This document shows positions 58,469 through 64,000 of a stretch of DNA of 64,000 nt, one piece after another. A program made the position numbers and the translations under genes. Source of the stretch: Spirochaetia bacterium (GTDB taxonomy: Bacteria > Spirochaetota > Spirochaetia > DSM-27196 > Salinispiraceae); NCBI GenBank assembly GCA_038204425.1, contig JBBRCZ010000014.1:14080-78079 (forward strand), read 5' to 3'. Position 1 is the stretch's first letter. Every line of letters starts with the position of its first letter. Under the pieces are notes generated by a model. That model saw only the letters and a program-made list of their open reading frames with translations. It was not told the DNA's origin and did not search any database.

Positions 58469-60219
58469 TTTTGCAGGCTCTGTACGAATACTACGAACGA
58501 AAGGCAGCAGACCCAGAAAATCAGATGGCACCTCTAGGATTTGAGTGGAAAGAGATTCCTTTTCTGATTGTCATAGACAAGAATGGCAAATTTGTCAGAT
58601 TGGAAGATACCAGGCAGGGCGAGGGCAACAAGAAAACCTCAAAACAATTTCTCTTGCCGCAGGGGGAAAAACGGGCGTCTGGCATAAAACCAAATTTTTT
58701 ATGGGATGGGCCGGAATACGTCTTGGGAGCAAATTACCGCAATCGAGATGATGTGATTGAACGTCACCAAAGTTTTATTAAACGCATGCACGCTACTCTA
58801 GACAAGTTTAGTGACCGGCCGGTTGTGACCGCTGTACTTGATTTTTTGGATGATGATCCGTTGCAACAGGTGTTGATGGCATCTGGTGATTCGGCGGCAT
58901 GGAATGAACTTATAGAATCAAATGCGAATCTGACCTTTTTTGTTGAGGGTGAAGGTTTTGTTGTAGACCAGATGAAGGACCTTGTTGCCAATTGGGGAGC
59001 TGATGAAGATAGTCAGGACGGGTTGTGTTTAATAACAGGGCAGAAAGCCAAGGTAACCAGAATTCACCCTGCAATAAAAGGTGTTTGGGGCGGTCAACCC
59101 GCCGGTGCGGCTTTAGTTTCTTTCCAAATTAACTCCGGCTATGATTCGTACCACAAAACCCAGAATTACAATGCACCAATTAGTAAACGTGGTACATTCG
59201 CCTATACAGCAGCCTTGAATAGTCTTTTGGCAAAAGGATCTGAGAATCGCCTGCAATTAGGTGATAGTTCAACAGTGTTCTGGGCGCAAAAAAAGAATTC
59301 AACGTTCGAAAAACAAGTAAAGACTTTTTTCGCCGCTGCAGCGAAAGAAAAGGACGACCCGGATAGTGGCGCAGTGGACGCAAAGCAATCACTGCAATCG
59401 ATCTTGACCGGCATTCCAACCGGAGAACAGGATTCGCTTTTCTATATTCTTGGTTTGTCTCCAAACGCTGCTCGTGTTTCTGTTCGTTTTTGGCATGCGG
59501 GAACAATTGCACAATTTGTCAGCCACATGCAGCAACATCTCGATGACCTCGATATTGTTGCACCCAAAAACGATCCAGAACGGATGGGATTAACTTATCT
59601 GCTTGGCTCGACCGTCTTGGATTGGAAATCGGAGAATATCCCGCCTAATTTAGCTGGTAATGTTATTCAGGCAATACTTAACAATTCACCATATCCGGAA
59701 ACGCTATTACAACAATGTATGCGAAGGATTCGCGCGTTGAGAGAGGTTGGTCGAGTTCGGGCGGCAATTCTTAAAGCATGCACAAATAGAAAGCTGCGTC
59801 GAAGCAATCCAAACAATGAAAAGGAGATTACAGTGTCACTTGATATAAGCAACAAGAACCCCGGTTATCGGCTGGGCCGCTTATTTGCGGTTCTGGAAAA
59901 AATTCAAGAAGACGCCAACCCTGGCCTAAATGCAACAATTCGGGATAGATTTTACGGAGCCGCTTCGTCGAATCCCGTAGCCGTTTTTCCGCAGTTACTA
60001 AAGCTGAAAAATCACCACATAGCAAAACTGGATAATGCCGGTTTCAAAATAGCTCATGAAAGACGACTAACAGAAATTATGGACGGCTTCGGAACCGAGA
60101 TGCCAGCTCATTTGACTATGGACGAGCAGGCCAGATTTGCAATTGGCTATTATCACCAACGCCAAGCACTATTTACTTCGTCGAAAGTTCAAACAAACAC
60201 CCAAGGAGAACAGAAATGA
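58465..60219 (+). CDS. cas8c: Cas8c (Csd1) large subunit
   Basis: [43 protein letters not shown]. Confidence 0.95.
   Translation: MILQALYEYYERKAADPENQMAPLGFEWKEIPFLIVIDKNGKFVRLEDTRQGEGNKKTSKQFLLPQGEKRASGIKPNFLWDGPEYVLGANYRNRDDVIERHQSFIKRMHATLDKFSDRPVVTAVLDFLDDDPLQQVLMASGDSAAWNELIESNANLTFFVEGEGFVVDQMKDLVANWGADEDSQDGLCLITGQKAKVTRIHPAIKGVWGGQPAGAALVSFQINSGYDSYHKTQNYNAPISKRGTFAYTAALNSLLAKGSENRLQLGDSSTVFWAQKKNSTFEKQVKTFFAAAAKEKDDPDSGAVDAKQSLQSILTGIPTGEQDSLFYILGLSPNAARVSVRFWHAGTIAQFVSHMQQHLDDLDIVAPKNDPERMGLTYLLGSTVLDWKSENIPPNLAGNVIQAILNNSPYPETLLQQCMRRIRALREVGRVRAAILKACTNRKLRRSNPNNEKEITVSLDISNKNPGYRLGRLFAVLEKIQEDANPGLNATIRDRFYGAASSNPVAVFPQLLKLKNHHIAKLDNAGFKIAHERRLTEIMDGFGTEMPAHLTMDEQARFAIGYYHQRQALFTSSKVQTNTQGEQK
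59833..60219 (+). CDS. cas11: Cas11c small subunit from an internal in-frame start within cas8c (128 aa)
   Basis: AAGGAG at 59821-26, 6 nt, then in-frame GTG-TCA-CTT-GAT (MSLD...), matching the known type I-C arrangement. Confidence 0.75.
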   Translation: MSLDISNKNPGYRLGRLFAVLEKIQEDANPGLNATIRDRFYGAASSNPVAVFPQLLKLKNHHIAKLDNAGFKIAHERRLTEIMDGFGTEMPAHLTMDEQARFAIGYYHQRQALFTSSKVQTNTQGEQK

Positions 60220-61136
60220 ACAGTTCAATTACCAAACGCTATGACTTTGTATACCTTTTCGATGTACAGGACGGAAACCCCAATGGTGACCCCGACGCCG
60301 GAAATCTGCCACGCATCGATGCTGAAACTGGTTTCGGTTTGGTGACTGATGTTTGTCTGAAACGTAAAGTACGAAATTATGTTCAGATCACAAAAGACTA
60401 TCAGAAACCGTACGACATTTTTGTGAAAGAAAAAGCTGTTCTCAACACTAAAATAGCTGAAGCATATACCGATCTCCATATCAATTTAGATGAGGCCCCA
60501 ACTGACTCAGGTGACGGGAAAAAGCGCAATGGAAAAGGGGAGGCCCAAGGTAGTGAAGTAAACAAAGGACGCCAGTATATGTGTGGAAGATACTTTGATA
60601 TTCGAACCTTCGGCGCAGTTATGTCAACTGGAGCCAATGCTGGACAGGTTCGCGGGCCGATTCAACTCGTTTTTGGCCGTTCGGTAGAGCCAGTTGTAAC
60701 CTTTGAACACACTATTACCAGAATGGCGGTTGCTACAGAGGGTGAGGCGGAAAAGCAAGGTGGCGACAATAGAACCATGGGTCGCAAGTACACCATACCC
60801 TATGGTCTGTACCGGACCCATGGTTTCATATCTGCTCACTTGGCAGCGCAAACTGGTTTTGGACAGGACGACTTGGAACTATTTTGGGAAGCACTTTCCA
60901 ATATGTTTGAGCATGACCGATCGGCTGCACGTGGACTAATGTCGGCCCGTGGGTTGTATGTGTTCGAACATGATACGGCACTGGGTAACGCACATGCTCA
61001 CGAGTTGTTTGAAAAGATTATGGTGGAGAGAACCGCAGAAAGCTTAGGAAAACCTGCCAGAAAGTTCGGCGATTATCAAGTGACTATTGATGCAGCCGAT
61101 ATGCCTGGTGTTCGATTGATCAAGAAAATAGGATGA
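60216..61136 (+). CDS. cas7: Cas7c (Csd2) backbone subunit
   Basis: [47 protein letters not shown]. Confidence 0.96.
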   Translation: MNSSITKRYDFVYLFDVQDGNPNGDPDAGNLPRIDAETGFGLVTDVCLKRKVRNYVQITKDYQKPYDIFVKEKAVLNTKIAEAYTDLHINLDEAPTDSGDGKKRNGKGEAQGSEVNKGRQYMCGRYFDIRTFGAVMSTGANAGQVRGPIQLVFGRSVEPVVTFEHTITRMAVATEGEAEKQGGDNRTMGRKYTIPYGLYRTHGFISAHLAAQTGFGQDDLELFWEALSNMFEHDRSAARGLMSARGLYVFEHDTALGNAHAHELFEKIMVERTAESLGKPARKFGDYQVTIDAADMPGVRLIKKIG

Positions 61137-61194
61137 GTCTGTAAATACCAAATGAGGGCAGGCTTGCCCCCATTTGGTATAAAGTGGAGTGTAA

Positions 61195-61437
61195 ATGCCA
61201 AAAGTATTTGAGTATAATAGATTTAAGTTCTTTTTCTTTAGCAACGAAGGTGAACCGCGTGAAAGAATGCATATACATGTTAGAAAGGCGGGCAGCCAAG
61301 CGAAAATATGGATTGAACCAAGTGTTGAATTAGCAGAGAATCATGGCTTTGCTGGTAATGATTTGAGAGCAATTTTGAGCGCGGTGCATGAACACAGGAA
61401 TTTAATAAGGAGTGTATGGAATGGCCACTTTAACTAA
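61195..61437 (+). CDS. DUF4160-family protein (HicA-like putative RNase toxin)
   Basis: FFFFSNE...MHIHV...AKIWIEP.V.LA.N.GF...W..HF. Confidence 0.85.
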   Translation: MPKVFEYNRFKFFFFSNEGEPRERMHIHVRKAGSQAKIWIEPSVELAENHGFAGNDLRAILSAVHEHRNLIRSVWNGHFN

Positions 61438-61678
61438 AGACGCGACAGCGACTCGGGTCTGGTTTGACGACGATAACCTATGGGTTTTGCTTGATGATGG
61501 ACGCCAAATCGGTGTGCCGCTGGCTTGGTACCCCCGTTTGCTGGCGGCAACGACTCAGCAACGCTTAGCTTTTGAAATGTCCGGCAATGGTCGCGGCCTA
61601 CATTGGGATGGAATCGACGAGGATCTTTTGGTTCAAGGCATTGTTGATGGCATTCCGGACCGAACAGAAAAACACTAA
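61421..61678 (+). CDS. DUF2442-family protein (putative antitoxin)
   Basis: LWVLLDDGR.IGVPLAWYPRL..AT.....G.GLHW..IDEDL; overlaps the DUF4160 gene; AGGAG RBS. Confidence 0.85.
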   Translation: MATLTKDATATRVWFDDDNLWVLLDDGRQIGVPLAWYPRLLAATTQQRLAFEMSGNGRGLHWDGIDEDLLVQGIVDGIPDRTEKH

Positions 61679-61703
61679 CTCCAAATAACCGGTAGTAAGC
61701 GCA

Positions 61704-62363
61704 ATGTTTATTGAAGACGAACTAATTCCCGTTTCTGCCTTGCAACATGCTTATTTTTGCGAACGCCAATATGCGTTGATACACATTGAACAGCTTTGGC
61801 AAGAAAACCGCTACACTACCGAAGGCCAGGTTCTGCACGAACGAGTTGATGTGGAGCATCACGAATCACGTCGTCTTTTTCGCCTTGAATACGCAATGAT
61901 GATTCGTAGTTTACACCACGGCCTTATTGGTAAAACAGACTTGGTCGAACTGCACCTTAAACCTGAAGGTGGAGTAGCCAAGGCAGTACCTGTCGAATTC
62001 AAGCGTGGCAAAAATAAGGAGAGTGACTGTGACCGCATCCAACTCTGCGCCCAAGCACTTTGTTTGGAAGAAATGCTGGGCATAAGCATTGAACTCGGCC
62101 AGTTTTACTACCTGCAAGAACATCGCCGAACCAGCGTCGAAATGGGCGCTAAACTACGCGAAACTACCAGTGGCTTGATACTCCGTACCCGAGAAATTTG
62201 GGTCTCCCGAATTACTCCTCCCGCTTTATATGAACCTCAAAAGTGCGACCGCTGTTCACTTTTAGAGCCATGTATGCCCAAAAGCGCTGGATCTGGTGGC
62301 AAGCGAGTTGACCGTTACATACAAACCCAAATACGCGTCAATAAAGCAGAGATTGCAGAATGA
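61704..62363 (+). CDS. cas4: Cas4 RecB-like nuclease
   Basis: SALQH..FCERQ.AL, G.TDLVE, PVEFKRG, QLCAQALCLEEM, C..CSL...C. Confidence 0.95.
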   Translation: MFIEDELIPVSALQHAYFCERQYALIHIEQLWQENRYTTEGQVLHERVDVEHHESRRLFRLEYAMMIRSLHHGLIGKTDLVELHLKPEGGVAKAVPVEFKRGKNKESDCDRIQLCAQALCLEEMLGISIELGQFYYLQEHRRTSVEMGAKLRETTSGLILRTREIWVSRITPPALYEPQKCDRCSLLEPCMPKSAGSGGKRVDRYIQTQIRVNKAEIAE

Positions 62364-63391
62364 GAAAATTGCTCAACACACTTTATGTCAGTTCTCAGGG
62401 TTCATATTTGCACAAAGAAAACGAAACTATAGTAGTGGAACGGGAGCAAAAAAAAATATTGCAGTTGCCTATTCACACCTTGGGTGGAATTGTGTGCTTT
62501 GGCAACGTCCTGTGTTCGCCATTTCTTTTGGGGTTTTGTGCAGAGCGGGATATTGGAGTTTCATTCTTAACTGAATACGGGCGTTTTTTGGCAGCTATGC
62601 GAGGCCCGGTTTCTGGCAACGTTTTATTGCGACGTGAGCAATATCGCATGGCGGACAAGGCAAGTGATTGTAACCGAATCGCTAAGGCTATTGTCGCCGG
62701 TAAGCTGTGTAATGCTCGAGTGGTATTGAACAGGGTTACCAGAGATCATCCAGAGAAAATCGATGGTATGGCAGTCAAATCAGCTATTTTGCAGACTGAC
62801 CGTTTAATAGATGGTCTTGAAAAAGCTGATAATTTAGATCAAATCCGGGGCATCGAAGGCATGGGCGCAAATGAATATTTTGGCGTTTTCAACAATTTGA
62901 TTATCGACCAAAAGAACGACTTCTCGTTCAACCAACGAAGTCGTCGGCCACCCTTGGACCCAGTAAATGCAATGCTTTCGTTTGTGTATACCTTGCTTAC
63001 TCATGATGTTAGATCTGCTCTGGAAACTGTCGGCCTTGACCCAGCAGTTGGTTTTCTGCATCGCGATCGTCCGGGAAGACCAAGTTTGGCCTTGGATATC
63101 ATCGAGGAATTTCGTTCTGTAATCGCTGACCGTCTAGTTTTGTCTCTTATTAACCGGCGACAAGTACAGGCCAGTGGTTTTACAAAAACTGAAGGCGGGG
63201 CCATCGTAATGGACAACGGCACTCGCAAAACTGTCCTAGTCGAGTATCAGAATCGGAAACAGGACGAAGTGTTTCATCCTTATATCGAAGAAGCAGTCCC
63301 AATTGGTCTGCTGTTTTTTGTGCAGGCTAATTTGTTGGCTCGGTACATTCGCGGCGATATAGACGGTTATCCGCCTTTCTTCTGGAGGTAG
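62360..63391 (+). CDS. cas1: Cas1, type I-C
   Basis: MRKLLNTLYV, RGIEG, RRPP.DPVNAMLSF, GFLHRDRPGRPSLALD..EEFR. Confidence 0.97.
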   Translation: MRKLLNTLYVSSQGSYLHKENETIVVEREQKKILQLPIHTLGGIVCFGNVLCSPFLLGFCAERDIGVSFLTEYGRFLAAMRGPVSGNVLLRREQYRMADKASDCNRIAKAIVAGKLCNARVVLNRVTRDHPEKIDGMAVKSAILQTDRLIDGLEKADNLDQIRGIEGMGANEYFGVFNNLIIDQKNDFSFNQRSRRPPLDPVNAMLSFVYTLLTHDVRSALETVGLDPAVGFLHRDRPGRPSLALDIIEEFRSVIADRLVLSLINRRQVQASGFTKTEGGAIVMDNGTRKTVLVEYQNRKQDEVFHPYIEEAVPIGLLFFVQANLLARYIRGDIDGYPPFFWR

Positions 63392-63392
63392 T

Positions 63393-63683
63393 ATGTTAGT
63401 CTTGGTTAGTTATGATGTTGCCGTTACAAGTCCTGGCGGACCAAAACGGTTGCGGCATGTTTCAAAAGAATGCCAAAACTTTGGTCAACGCGTGCAGTTC
63501 TCAGTTTTTGAATGCCTTGTTGACCCAAGCCAGTGGGTAAAACTCAAAACACGATTGGAAGGCATAATTGAAATTGAAACCGATAGTCTTCGGTACTACT
63601 ACCTAGGGACAAACTGGAAACGCAAAGTGGAGCACGTTGGTGCCAAGCCAGCGATCAATTTAGAAGGACCACTAATTGTTTAG
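63393..63683 (+). CDS. cas2: Cas2
   Basis: VSYDV...RLR.V.K.C..FGQRVQFSVFEC...DSLRYY. Confidence 0.97.
   Translation: MLVLVSYDVAVTSPGGPKRLRHVSKECQNFGQRVQFSVFECLVDPSQWVKLKTRLEGIIEIETDSLRYYYLGTNWKRKVEHVGAKPAINLEGPLIV

Positions 63684-64000
<317 letters not shown>

Overview
Bacterial chromosomal window, most likely from a spirochaete (Spirochaetota). This is inferred from the gene order tuf-rpsJ...secY-rpmJ-rpsM-rpsK-rpoA-rplQ with no adk/map/infA/rpsD, and from Treponema/Borrelia-like RpoA and L36 sequences. 0-14 kb is accessory/housekeeping: surface lipoprotein + OmpA, diguanylate cyclase, RlmD, a Cys/Met PLP enzyme, an ilvE relic, a secreted WD40-caspase, ArsM and DUF3095. 14.3-28.9 kb is the tuf-S10-spc-alpha ribosomal superoperon, preceded by a ~390-nt hairpin-rich leader. 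29-54 kb is mixed: an acidic-repeat membrane protein, RNase HI, ComM, HtrA, sugar ABC permeases, a yeeE-yeeE-cysM cassette, an orphan YesM-type kinase, oxidoreductases, ArfB, gene relics, an acyl-CoA ligase, and a BmrR-like MerR gene. A textbook 19-bp-spacer MerR promoter downstream of that gene points at an ElaB/YqjD gene. 54-64 kb is a complete type I-C CRISPR-Cas locus (cas3-cas5-cas8c[cas11]-cas7-cas4-cas1-cas2, leader, start of the array). It is headed by a WYL regulator with a DriD/PafBC-like site in the cas3 promoter, and carries a DUF4160/DUF2442 toxin-antitoxin-like pair inserted between cas7 and cas4. The most interesting candidates are this WYL-controlled, TA-containing I-C locus, the MerR->ElaB module, and the structured tuf leader. 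All family calls come from motif recognition by eye; no searches were run.
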